NCBI GenBank assembly: GCA_002245135.1
Contig: NGBS01000315.1
Coordinates: forward strand, 1-64,000
Origin: Proteromonas lacertae
Lineage: Eukaryota
Direction of reading: 5' to 3'
DNA length: 64,000 nucleotides
Under the pieces are notes generated by a model. The model saw only the letters and a list, made by a program, of their open reading frames with translations, made no database searches and was not told where the DNA came from. Shown here in pieces: positions 22,249-33,315 of this stretch. A program made the position numbers and the translations under genes. Position 1 is the first letter of the stretch; each line of letters starts with the position of its first letter.

Positions 22249-23782
22249 ATGGAACCTGAAGTAAATACACCAGTATAATAGTCTATTTATACACTTATAG
22301 AATGTTGCGAGAGTGATAGAGAAGATCTATCTCAAAGATAACACTTATAGAACTATTCAATTCACAAAACAGAGTACCACTCAAGAAGTATTTCTATATT
22401 GTATTTTAATTCAATAGATTAAACAAATGATGATAGATAAAGAACAAATAGATCCAAATACAGCAGATAGTTGTTATTTAGTTATGGTTACGGTTAAAAC
22501 AGCAGGTGGCTGTAAAGTGACAATCTTAAAACCTGATGAAGTAGTCTATTCATTAATTGAACATGCAAGAGATCCAGAAAATCTTGGTTTGAATGAGAAT
22601 GATAGATTCCCAGTCAAGTTAGTATTCAACGACAGTACAACTCCACTTAATTTTGAAGGTGATGAATTCGGTTTATCAGCATCACAACATTATACATTAG
22701 CAACACCATTAGGTAATGGAATATTTAGTAGTAAATTAAGCAAAAAATCAAAGAATGCAGATATCTGGAAACAAAGATGGTTTGTATTGGAAGAAGATTG
22801 TTTATTATACTGTCAATCAGAAGACTGTCCAAGACATGTAAAAGCAATTCCATTATCTAAAATGAATATAAAAGTCTGTAATCAAGTCGAACTTCCTTGT
22901 TGTTTTGTTATTGAAACAAATGAAAGAGATTATATTTTAAGAGCGAATACACCTGAAATAATGAGTATTTGGGTGAATAAATTAAAAATCCAATCCACTC
23001 AAGCTGAAGAAAATGAATTTTTAATTGTAGCTGAAAATATGATAGCAGATGATGAATATGAATTATCTCAGAAAGATCAAATCGCTGTGCAGACAGTAAG
23101 TGGAAGTTTGAAAGGTGTATTAAAACATGATGCAACATTAGAATATTTAGCCAGATATATGAGAAGTGATCATTGTGAAGAGAATTTATATTTTTGGTTG
23201 GATGTTGAAAGCTATAAAGAAGCTTGTGAACAGATTGAATTTACAAATGAAAAAGTATATATATATATATATTTCGTTATTTTTTTATTATAGAAATGGA
23301 AATTAGCACAGAAATTATATGATTTATATTTAAATCCAGTATATATATATATATATTAAATCTATTTTTTGTATTTATAGGAAAAAGCCAAATATGAATT
23401 ATACATCAACGATTCAATGAGATCTTCAATTCTCGAAGAATTAGGAAAAGCACCAAAACCAGAAGAATATCAATCCAATACCAATCTTTCACCACCTTCT
23501 ACTACACTTTATGATCAATTACAACATGATATATACAATAGAATAGAGAAAGGACCATATAAGAAGTTTATGAAAAGTAATGATTATAGAAAAATTATTA
23601 ATTTGACAAGTTTATCTATTCCAATTGGAGAGAGCAATTTTACACCTACTTTTATATCTCCTTTGTTGTTACAGATACAAGAAGCTAGAGCAGCTGAAAT
23701 TATAACTCCTACCAGCACAAGTCAATCCAAACCTCAGAAATCTTTGTTGAGTCTTGCTCAGTCGTTCTTTAGCTTTAAATAA
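22249..23782 (+). CDS. PH-domain + RGS-domain protein (multi-exon)
   Basis: WKQRWFVL (PH); DHCEENLYFWLDVESYK and PYKKFMKSNDY (RGS). Confidence 0.8.
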
Positions 23783-23892
23783 ATAAAATAGATTATTAAA
23801 TATATATGATATATTGCTTTTTTTCTTTCATATAATGTGTGTAGTATTTGAAGGGAAAAAATGTAAAATTATCAAATTTTATTATACTATAT

Positions 23893-25053
23893 TACATATT
23901 TATTTGATACAAATGCTTATACACATTATCATGATTTAATGTATGAGTATTAACAATTAATTTCTTATTTGGATGTTTCATCCATATTGTCCATCTTATC
24001 ATAGCAGTATGATATAATTCATTATCTAATAACACTAAATTAAAAGAACAATACATTGAAGATAACATCTTGATAGATTTGGCACTTTATATATATTATC
24101 AGCTAATAAATATGCTCCATCATCTGTTATGTCATTGGCTATTCAGAAATTAATAAATATATTTAATATAATATACCACCTAAATCTAAAATAACAAGTT
24201 TAGAAATAAAATGCAAATTATCACAAAAACACTCTACTCCTTCATCCGTTATTCGATTACAAAACATATTTAGCCTTTCTAAACAAGGAATTTCTTTAAA
24301 ATTATTACATAAATAACTGAAGCCAACATCACTTATTGCATTCCACGATAAACATAATATTTTCACATCACTATAATTCATTATAAAATCACATATAAAT
24401 TCCACTCCATTATCTTCCAATACACCTATTTAAATATAATAAACAATAAACAACATATACCATTATAATAGTTTAATATTCTTATATCTTTCTTTTTGTG
24501 ATAATTTTTATTTCCTTTTTTTATTTTGTAAATTGCATTTCCATTCAAAGTATGATAATTGTCATAATATAATCCTGTTGCTTTTAACTCTTTTTGTTTG
24601 ATTAAATTATAATTAAATTTATATATAAAATGATCTTCCATTTCCAGTAATATTTCTTCGTATAATTTTGTTGAATATTCCTCTAAATTATCTTTATCTT
24701 CAAAATTATGAAGTAAATTTATTATTTCCAATTTATTTATATTCAAAATACTCACAATTAATTTATTATCTAAAATTTCATGATATAAATCCATTGACAT
24801 CTTCTATACATCTTTTATATGAAAGATATCATACTTTTTGATCTTCAAAAATATAAAGCAGTTTATTTGATAAAAAATTGATTAAATTATAGCACTCATT
24901 ATAATAAAATGGTATTGCACTATTAGAAAAGCATTTGCCTATATAACCAACATTATCATCCTTAAACATTTCCAATAGTTTTATATCATGCTTATTATAC
25001 AATATATTGATTAAATTATAATTTAAATTAACTATATGATGCAAAAAACGCAT
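23893..25053 (-). CDS. LRR protein (multi-exon; 3' end approximate)
   Basis: LCLSWNAISDVG, LNMFCNRITDEG repeats; short introns. Confidence 0.6.
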
Positions 25054-25188
25054 TTTAATTTTTAGAGACTGAAACGGTATTAAATCCAGAAATAGATCGA
25101 ATTATTTGAGGCTCGATTTGTTTCAAAACAATCAGTTGTGTAACAAATAATCTTTAACTTGTAATTATATTTTGATCAAAATACAGAA

Positions 25189-27666
25189 ATGAATGAAAGT
25201 AATGCAGACGTGAAAGAAATAATCGAGAAAGCAAACGCTGGTGACACTGAAGCTCAATTTAACTATGGCGTGCTATTGTATGAAGGTAAATTAATTAAAA
25301 AAGATGGTTTATTGGCATATCAATATTTTTCCAAAGCGGCAGAAAATAATCACCCTAGATCTCTGTTTTATTTAGGTTTGATGCATGAAAGTGGTTTTGG
25401 ATGCCGTAGTGACACAGAAAGAAGTAAGCAATTTTACCAGAGAGCAAGTGAGTTAGGAGATAGTGATTCTCTAGTGAATTTAGGTATTTTATACTATAAA
25501 GAAGATAATGAAGAATCATGTAAAATAGCATATGAATATTTCGAAAAAGCTCGAAAATTAAACAATATCCATGCTTATTACTACAGTGGTTTGATGTATG
25601 AAGAAGGCAAAGGAACAAAAGAAAAAGATTTGGTAAAAGCTCGAGAGTTATACAAAGAAGGTAAAGAATTAAAAGACTTACAATGTCGTTTAAAATACAG
25701 TTATTTTCTTCGAGAAGGTTTAGGAGGTGAAAAAGACTTGCACAATTCATTATTAGAATATATAAAATGTTCTGCAGAAGGTAATAGTGAAGCATTATAC
25801 AATTTAGGTAAAATGATGATAAATGGATTAGGATGTGAAGTAGATAAAGAAGGTGGTTGGGATAATATTCGAAAATCTGCAAATTTGAAATATTATGAAG
25901 CTTTACTTGATTATGGATTACATTTATGTCGACATTCATCTCCCAATGCTACAACCAATCAAAATCAATCTCCACTTCATACCAGTCAAAATTCCAATAA
26001 TAATTCTAATAATAATAATGTAGCAATAATGAGCAATAGTAGCAATAATCAACAAGTAAATAACAGCAATAGTATCGAGAATTTAAAGAAAGGATTTGAT
26101 TATTTAAAACAAGCAACTGATACAAATAATCCAAATAGTTTTTATATTTATGGCCATGCTTTGATTCGATATGGATATGGAACAGATGCTCATAAAGATG
26201 AAGCGATTAGTTTTCTAACAAAAGCAATTGAATATAAGAATGTAGAAGCCATGTATGAATTAGGATTATTATTTATTCGAAGTCCATCTTATAATCGAAT
26301 TGATGAAGGTAAGAAGTTGTTATTAGCTGCAAGTGATTTAGGAAATGGAGATGCTTCATTAGAATATGGATTATTATTCTATAATGGTGATTTAGAAGAA
26401 CAAAACTATGAATTAGCTCGAATGTATTTTAGTCGAGCAGCTGAAAAAGGTATAGATCAAGCTCAATTTAATTTAGCATTAATGTATTTTCGAGGTGAAG
26501 GTGGTGGTATAGATTTAGAGAAAGCTCGATATTATTTTGAATTGTCTTGTGAGAAAGAAAATCCTGAAGCTTTTTATTGTTTGGGAAATATGTATAATAA
26601 AGGTGAAGGAGGTGAAATGAATAAAGAAAAAGCGATAAAATTATGGGAAAGTGGAAGTTCATTAGGTGATAGTCAATGTAAATATGCTTTAGCCAATTTC
26701 TATGAGAATGATGCAGTATTTCTAAATGAAGAATTAGCTCGAGAATTATATAAAAACATGTGTGATTTATACAATCCATTTGCTTGTTATAAATATGGAA
26801 TAATGTGTTACAGCGGAATAGGTGGAGATATTGATGTAATAACTGCTCGAAAATGTTTTGAGATGGCACATCGAGGAGGTGATTTAAATGGAAGTTATTA
26901 TTATGCCTATTTATTAGAACATGGTGAAGGAGGTAATAAAGATGAAGTATTAGCACGAACTTATTATAAATTTGCCGCTGATCGAGGTCATGTAAAAGCA
27001 ATGGAGAGTTATGGCAAAATGTTAGAGGAAGGTCGAGGAGGAGATGCTGATACAATGGAAGCTTTAGAATATTATGAGAAAGCTGGTGAAAATGGTGATG
27101 CTGATGCTTTATTTTATGCTGCTTTAATCTATAGTCGAGTTAATCCAAAGAGTGATGCAACAAAAGAATGTTATGAACAAGCTTGTAATTTAGGCCATTG
27201 TTTAGCAAAATATAATTATGGATTATTATTAATGAATAGTAAAGAAGAAAGTAATTTAATTCGAGCTCGTGCTTTGATGAAAGATGCTGTGAATGGTGAA
27301 TGTAATGAAGCATATTATGTATATGGAGTGATGTTAGAAGAAGGAATAGGAGGTTGTATAAATCTAAATGAAGCGAAAGAAATGTATATAAAAGCAATGA
27401 ATTGTGGAAATAGTCAAGCTAAATATTTATTAGGTTTAATGTATAAAGCAGGTAAAATTGATGGAGTAATTGATTTAGAGAAAAGTCGAAAATTATTTCA
27501 AGAAGCAGCAGATGAAGGAGTTGAAGATAGTGCAATTGCTTATAGTAAAATGTTAGAGTTAGGTGAAGGTGGTCCAAAGAATAAAGCTGAAGCTGAAAGA
27601 TATCGTCGAATGGTGGAAGGTGATGAAGAAGAAGATGATGATGATAAATGGTGTTTAATAATGTAG
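25189..27666 (+). CDS. Sel1-repeat protein with C-terminal CaaX (CLIM)
   Basis: Many AQFNL/G..Y..G.G....A..Y..AA..G repeats; intronless 825 aa. Confidence 0.9.
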   Translation: MNESNADVKEIIEKANAGDTEAQFNYGVLLYEGKLIKKDGLLAYQYFSKAAENNHPRSLFYLGLMHESGFGCRSDTERSKQFYQRASELGDSDSLVNLGILYYKEDNEESCKIAYEYFEKARKLNNIHAYYYSGLMYEEGKGTKEKDLVKARELYKEGKELKDLQCRLKYSYFLREGLGGEKDLHNSLLEYIKCSAEGNSEALYNLGKMMINGLGCEVDKEGGWDNIRKSANLKYYEALLDYGLHLCRHSSPNATTNQNQSPLHTSQNSNNNSNNNNVAIMSNSSNNQQVNNSNSIENLKKGFDYLKQATDTNNPNSFYIYGHALIRYGYGTDAHKDEAISFLTKAIEYKNVEAMYELGLLFIRSPSYNRIDEGKKLLLAASDLGNGDASLEYGLLFYNGDLEEQNYELARMYFSRAAEKGIDQAQFNLALMYFRGEGGGIDLEKARYYFELSCEKENPEAFYCLGNMYNKGEGGEMNKEKAIKLWESGSSLGDSQCKYALANFYENDAVFLNEELARELYKNMCDLYNPFACYKYGIMCYSGIGGDIDVITARKCFEMAHRGGDLNGSYYYAYLLEHGEGGNKDEVLARTYYKFAADRGHVKAMESYGKMLEEGRGGDADTMEALEYYEKAGENGDADALFYAALIYSRVNPKSDATKECYEQACNLGHCLAKYNYGLLLMNSKEESNLIRARALMKDAVNGECNEAYYVYGVMLEEGIGGCINLNEAKEMYIKAMNCGNSQAKYLLGLMYKAGKIDGVIDLEKSRKLFQEAADEGVEDSAIAYSKMLELGEGGPKNKAEAERYRRMVEGDEEEDDDDKWCLIM

Positions 27667-27989
27667 TAAAAGAGTTTTTGTTGTTATTGTTAATTTTGAA
27701 GTTGAGTAGACTTTTGTTAAGTTTTAATTTTTTTTATTTTGTTTAATTAATATCAAATTGTTTTTTATAGTAAAATATAGTAATATACATAATCAGATAT
27801 AAACTAACCATTATATATCTATCTTTACATAAATGTCATAAATTAATGTCTCTTTCCATTTCACAATATGAAAGAACTAATTATTTTGAAACATAATCAG
27901 TTATTATAATGGCATGTTTAAAGATGATCAAATGATAGTGAGTATTAGTTAGGAAATAGCACAGTTTGCCATTTACTCCTATTATTTTT

Positions 27990-28235
27990 TCATCCCAATA
28001 ATGCTAATTAATTATGTAAATTATGGATCTTTTAATGGCTGGCTTAATTCTTTTAGAAGATATACTTTAATTAATAAATATTTAGATATGACCCAGAACA
28101 CCAAAATCAATCGTATGTTATATATAATCTAATATTTTTATTCTGTATGATGAACTATCTTTGCATTGATCTAAAAACATTAACAGGAGATGAAATGTTT
28201 GAATGGGGTGATGATGATAATAATTTATTCAATAA
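27990..28235 (+). pseudogene. Degraded paralogue of the 15.9-16.6 kb gene
   Basis: NYGSFNGWLNSFRR vs YYGSFDAWINDFKK; IDLKTL...EMFEWGDDD vs IDLKQL...NMSEWGDGD; matching KSI|gtat donor. Confidence 0.55.
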
Positions 28236-28818
28236 TGTTGTACGCCGTTGGGAGATAAAAGGGTTTTAGATTACGTTGAAGTTATATACGTAACCATGAG
28301 CCCCTAAATATTACAGATATACACTTAGTTTTTCAAAAAAGTTACGTTGGCTGTATATCGTATAGTTCTGGTTAATCAGTTATATATCCAACATTGTATA
28401 TTTATACTTCATATTAAACGTCAATAGCAATAGCAGAAAACGAAATTAAAGTTTTTAGATGAATAGAATATAATAATTTTAATTTCTTTATACATAATAT
28501 TGAAATTGAAAAAGTAGGCTTGAAAGAGGCTTGAACTCGATTTTTATTTTTCCATTTTTAATTGCCTTAACATCAATTTTTCATATCTTATTCATCTCAG
28601 CTGATGTATTTTTGTCTGTAGTAACGATTGAAACAAAAAAATATTGAATGAAGTAAAATGCGTTTCATAAATACAAGGCGGAAGCTTAAAAAAAAATATA
28701 TCACAGATGTTGCTTATGTGCCAAAGTAAGTATATATTTGATTATAACTCACTACCAAACCCTCTACTGTCGAATTAGTTTTTAATAAAACCCTTTTATC
28801 TCCCAACGGCGTACAACA
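28236..28818. mobile_element. TGTTG...CAACA non-autonomous element, 33-bp perfect TIR, 5-bp TSD AATAA
   Basis: tgttgtacgccgttgggagataaaagggtttta with its reverse complement ending at 28818; AATAA on both sides; centre and right arm homologous to the 9508-10132 element. Confidence 0.9.
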
Positions 28819-28879
28819 AATAACATTTGGTTTCTGCAACGGTTACAACGTTAGTTACGCATCTGTTACACATCAGTTA

Positions 28880-29420
28880 TTGCTGTGAGCCGTTGAGCTA
28901 AATGCTCCGTTGAGCGTTAAGAAGACTTTTTTCAATTCTAAAATAATAGTGTGTGGTTTGATGGCGAGTTATATGCAAATATAATCTTACTTTGTCATAT
29001 AAGCTACATCTGCGATATATATTTTTTTGACCTTAATTCCAACATATTGAAAACATTTATAATTTTATTTTTAATTTTTTTGCTTCAATCACTACTAGAG
29101 TTAAAAATACATTAGTTTAAGCAATTAAATCACACATATTTAGATGTTAAGACACTTAAAAACGAAAAAATAAAAAATCTATTCAAGCCTGTTTTTTCAA
29201 AATAAATTTTAAGCAGGTAAATGCATAAGTAGGTATTCCTTTTCTATTTAAAACTTTTATCCCAATGTCTGCTATTGTTATAAGCTTTTAAAATAATATA
29301 AAAATAAAAAGTGTTTCCAGTACAGGAACCTAAACACGACTATACGATATTAGGCCAACGTAACTATTTTGGAAAACAAAGTGTTGATTAGTAATATTGA
29401 AGGGCTAGAGGTTACGTTTC
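28880..29420 (-). mobile_element. Older diverged copy of the same element family, inverted relative to 28236-28818
   Basis: Reverse complement shares gttacgttggc...atatcgtatagt, acgtaacc..agccc, aggcttga and atatatc(a/g)cagatgt blocks; termini degenerate. Confidence 0.7.
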
Positions 29421-29899
29421 TTTACTTTTTTCTTTTTCTTTTTATTTATAACATAACACTAAATTAAATACAATTTTAAGATAGTATTTTCCCATCACTC
29501 TATGATTAAAGCTTTTTAAATCATCATATGTTTCTATAACTAAATGATTTTGTGCATTATGCATCAATTCACTATATTTATCATTATCACATTCTGAGAA
29601 TTGAAGATGATGATATAACAGAATAATTATAGTTTTCTTCTAAACAATTATTCTCTTTCACTTCACATATCATTTCTTTTACTTTTAATACTTCTTCCTT
29701 TTCCAATACCTCTTCTATTTCATCCATCTTCATATCAAACGCAATGTCTATCATTATTAAACACATAAAATTATATACTATTTATTGATTTTATTAATTC
29801 ATAAATTGATATACGATTATCGACTTTTACAACTAATAGTTTATATAAAATATCATTATATTTATATTTATATTTCATAATAATATCACTTGTAACATT

Positions 29900-30100
29900 A
29901 TAAAGAAGACATACTCTCACCATTATTATATTAATATCATCAACATCAATACTTTACCATCACCGCTTAGACTCTCTTGTAATATTATAGTTAATTTCGA
30001 ATACTTATATGGAACATGCATTGATTACTGAGATTTGTTTTTATTTACTACCAATTCTTTACTTTCTCGATTATTCCAGTTAAAATCACTGTCATTATTA
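29900..30100 (-). pseudogene. Degraded kinesin motor fragment
   Basis: HVPYKYSKLTIILQESLSGDGKVLM flanked by stop codons. Confidence 0.55.
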
Positions 30101-30296
30101 AAATACAGGAGATGTTACATTTGCATTTCTATAATTTAATCAGACATTATTGACTCTGCACACTTGTGAATCATCTTAATTGATCATAATTTTTAATAGT
30201 AATTTTCACAGTTTATGTAAATACGAAGTATTTACATAAAAAAAACATTAAAAAAATATTTGGCTTGATTGATTTTGAGATTAAAATTTCTTAAGA

Positions 30297-33038
30297 ATGG
30301 AAGAATTTGAAAGTATAAGTGATGAATATTCTGTATATTTACTGCTGTTTAATATGAAATAGTTGATAAGAGTGATAAAGAAGAGTGATTTAAGTGTTTT
30401 GTTGGAAGTTAAAGAAAAGAATAGTAATGATATAAAATGTGTGAAGATATATAACAGAGATAAAATGAATTTGAGGTGTTTGGATCGTTTTGTTGAATCA
30501 CTAGAGAAATCGAGTAATTTGAGAGTGAACAATGTATTGATATATGATAAATACATAATTACCGAAAAATATGTGATATTGATAATGAAGAAATATGAGA
30601 GTAACTTAAAAGAGTTAATGTTTAAGAAAGAGTTAAAAGAGATAGAAATCAATGAGATAATGTTAAAATTGATAAAAGCGATAAAGACATTGGAAGAAAA
30701 TGGTATGATATATAACAATATTAAGCTGAATAATATGTTGTTGGATGAAGAAGGAGATATAATAATAGTTGATAATTTAAAATATTTGTTATTGAAAGAC
30801 AGATTAAATGATATAAAAAGAGATGTAGATGAGATAATATATTTAAGTCCAGAAATATTGAAAGATGAAGAAATGAATGTTGCAAGTGATATATGGAATA
30901 TAGGAATAATCTATTATAGATTATTAAGAAAAGAAATTCCATTTAAAACCAATTCGATTTATGATTTAATAAAATCCATAACAGAATTTAAATATGAAAA
31001 TAATGATAAACTAAACGAAAGATACAATAATATGTTATGTAGATTATTAACAGTGAATAAAGATAATCGAATGACAATAGAAGAATTAATATTCAGAATT
31101 AGAGTTAATGTTATTATTGAATTATTGAAGAATAAAGAAAAAGAAAAAGCGAATGAAATGATGGTAGAAATGAGAGAAAACATTTCACAAAAAGAAAACT
31201 ATAAAATGAATGAGATAATAGGAGATTATTATTTTGAAAATGTATATTGTTATATATTATGAAATAAATAGAAAGAATACAGAGAAGCAATTCCATATTA
31301 CGAAAATGGATTAGAATATGCTTTAACAAATTATCATAAAATTACTTGTTATAATGGTTTAGAATGTTGTTATTTTGAATTAGTATTTATTATTGTAATA
31401 ATAAATAGAAAGAATATCAAAAATCAATTCAATATTGTAAAAAAGCTTTACTATTTTCTACGTTAAATGAAGAAAAAGAAATAAATAATCATAATATAGG
31501 AGACTGTTATTATAAAATAGTATATATATAATAATTGTTCATTAGAATCGTTATGTGGAAGCAATTCCTTACTTTGAAAGTGTCTTAGAATATTCTACAT
31601 CAAATGAAGAAAAAGAATGGAATAATAGGATGATAGGCAAATGTTATTACTATTTAGTATATTTATTATTGTAATAATAAATAGAAAGAATATAGAGAAG
31701 CAATTCCTTACTTTGAAAGTGCCTTAGAATATTCTACATCAAATGAAGATAAAGAATATAATAATAGAATGATTGGAAATTGTTATTATGATTTAGTATA
31801 TTTATTATTGTAATAATAAATAGAAAGAATATCAAAAATCAATTCCTTACTTTGAAAGTGCCTTAGAATATTCTACATCAAATGAAGATAAAGAATATAA
31901 TAATAGAATGATTGGAAATTGTTATTATGATTTAGTATATTTATTATTGTAATAATAAATAGAAAGAATATCAAAAATCAATTCCTTACTTTAAAATTGC
32001 CTTAGAATATTCATCAACAAATGAAGAAAAAAGAATGGAATAACAGAAAGATTGGAAATTGTTATTATGATTTAGTATATTTATTATTGTAATAATAAAT
32101 AGAAAGAATATAGAGAAGCAATTCCTTACTTTGAAAGTGCCTTAGAATATTCTACATCAAATGAAGATAAAGAATATAATAATAGAATGATTGGAAATTG
32201 TTATTATGATTTAGTATATTTATTATTGTAATAATAAATAGAAAGAATATGAATCAGCACTTCCATATTTTAAAACAGCATTAGAATATTCATCATCAAA
32301 TGAAGATAAAGAATATAATAATAGAATGATTGGAAATTGTTATAATGATTTAGTATATATATAATAATTATTCATTAGCATCGTTATATGGAAGCAATTA
32401 TATATTATAAAATTGCATTAGAATATTCATCAAAAGATGAAGAAAAAGAATATAATAACAGATTTTTAGGTTATTGTTATTACTATTCAGTATGTTAATC
32501 ATTGTAATAATAAATAGAAAGAATATGAAGAAGCATTGAAATATTATAATACTGCATTAGATTATTCAGAAAATGAGAAAGATAAATATCTAGTAATAAC
32601 ATATATAGCAGAATGTTATTTTAATTTAGTATATTCATCATTGTAATAATAAATAGAAAGAATATAAAGAAGCATTGAAATATTATAATACTGCATTAGA
32701 TTATTCAGAAAATGAGAAAGATAAAAATCTAGTAATAGCATATATAGCAGAATGTTATTTAGAATTAGGAAATAAAGAAAAGACAATTTCATATTTGAAT
32801 GAAGTAAAAGAAGAATTATGTAATGATAATACAAAATATTGGTATAATAAAGTAATGGGAAAATATTATCTTCAAATTGTATTATTTGATAATTGATATA
32901 TGATATAAATAGAAAGAAAAAGAAAAGAGTAAAGAATATTTAGAAGAATCACTCAAATATGTAGATAGTCAAAGAAATGATGATGAAGAGATAGAAGAAA
33001 TCAATAAATTATTAGAAGAATTAAACAAAATGAATTAA
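30297..33038 (+). CDS. Pseudokinase-TPR protein with one TPR-like repeat per exon
   Basis: Kinase-like NIKLNNMLL, YLSPEIL, SDIWNIG; then ten 111-nt exons (one of 112 nt) between 26-28 nt phase-0 introns. Confidence 0.85.
31272..32770 (+). repeat. Exon+intron tandem array, ~139-bp unit, 11 units
   Basis: Exon starts at 31272, 31409, 31546, 31685, 31824, 31963, 32103, 32242, 32379, 32518, 32657. Confidence 0.92.
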
Positions 33039-33315
33039 TAATCATTATTTTAATAATTAATGGTATTGAATTCATAATTTTATCTATATCTTTGAATTTT
33101 AATCATCATTTCAATTTTAATAAGTAAGAAAAGTCTTGAAAATTTTCAAGCTTATTATAAAAGCTTGAAATCTTTCAATCAGTTACACTGTTTTATACAC
33201 CCTGTAGTTAATAGGTTTGTGTTTGGTGATTAAAATTGATGTTTCTACTATTATCTTGGTTGAATGATCACAAATATGAAGTATTTTTGTTGATTTTATT
33301 TATTTGTTTGTTTAG

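Noticed and set aside
31272..32770. CRISPR-like array (constant ~28-nt repeat with longer spacers)
   Set aside because: The constant parts are GT-AG introns and the spacers are homologous in-frame TPR exons; eukaryotic context, no cas genes
33191..33206. Tc1/mariner-like end (ttttatacaccctg-ta)
   Set aside because: No matching opposite end found
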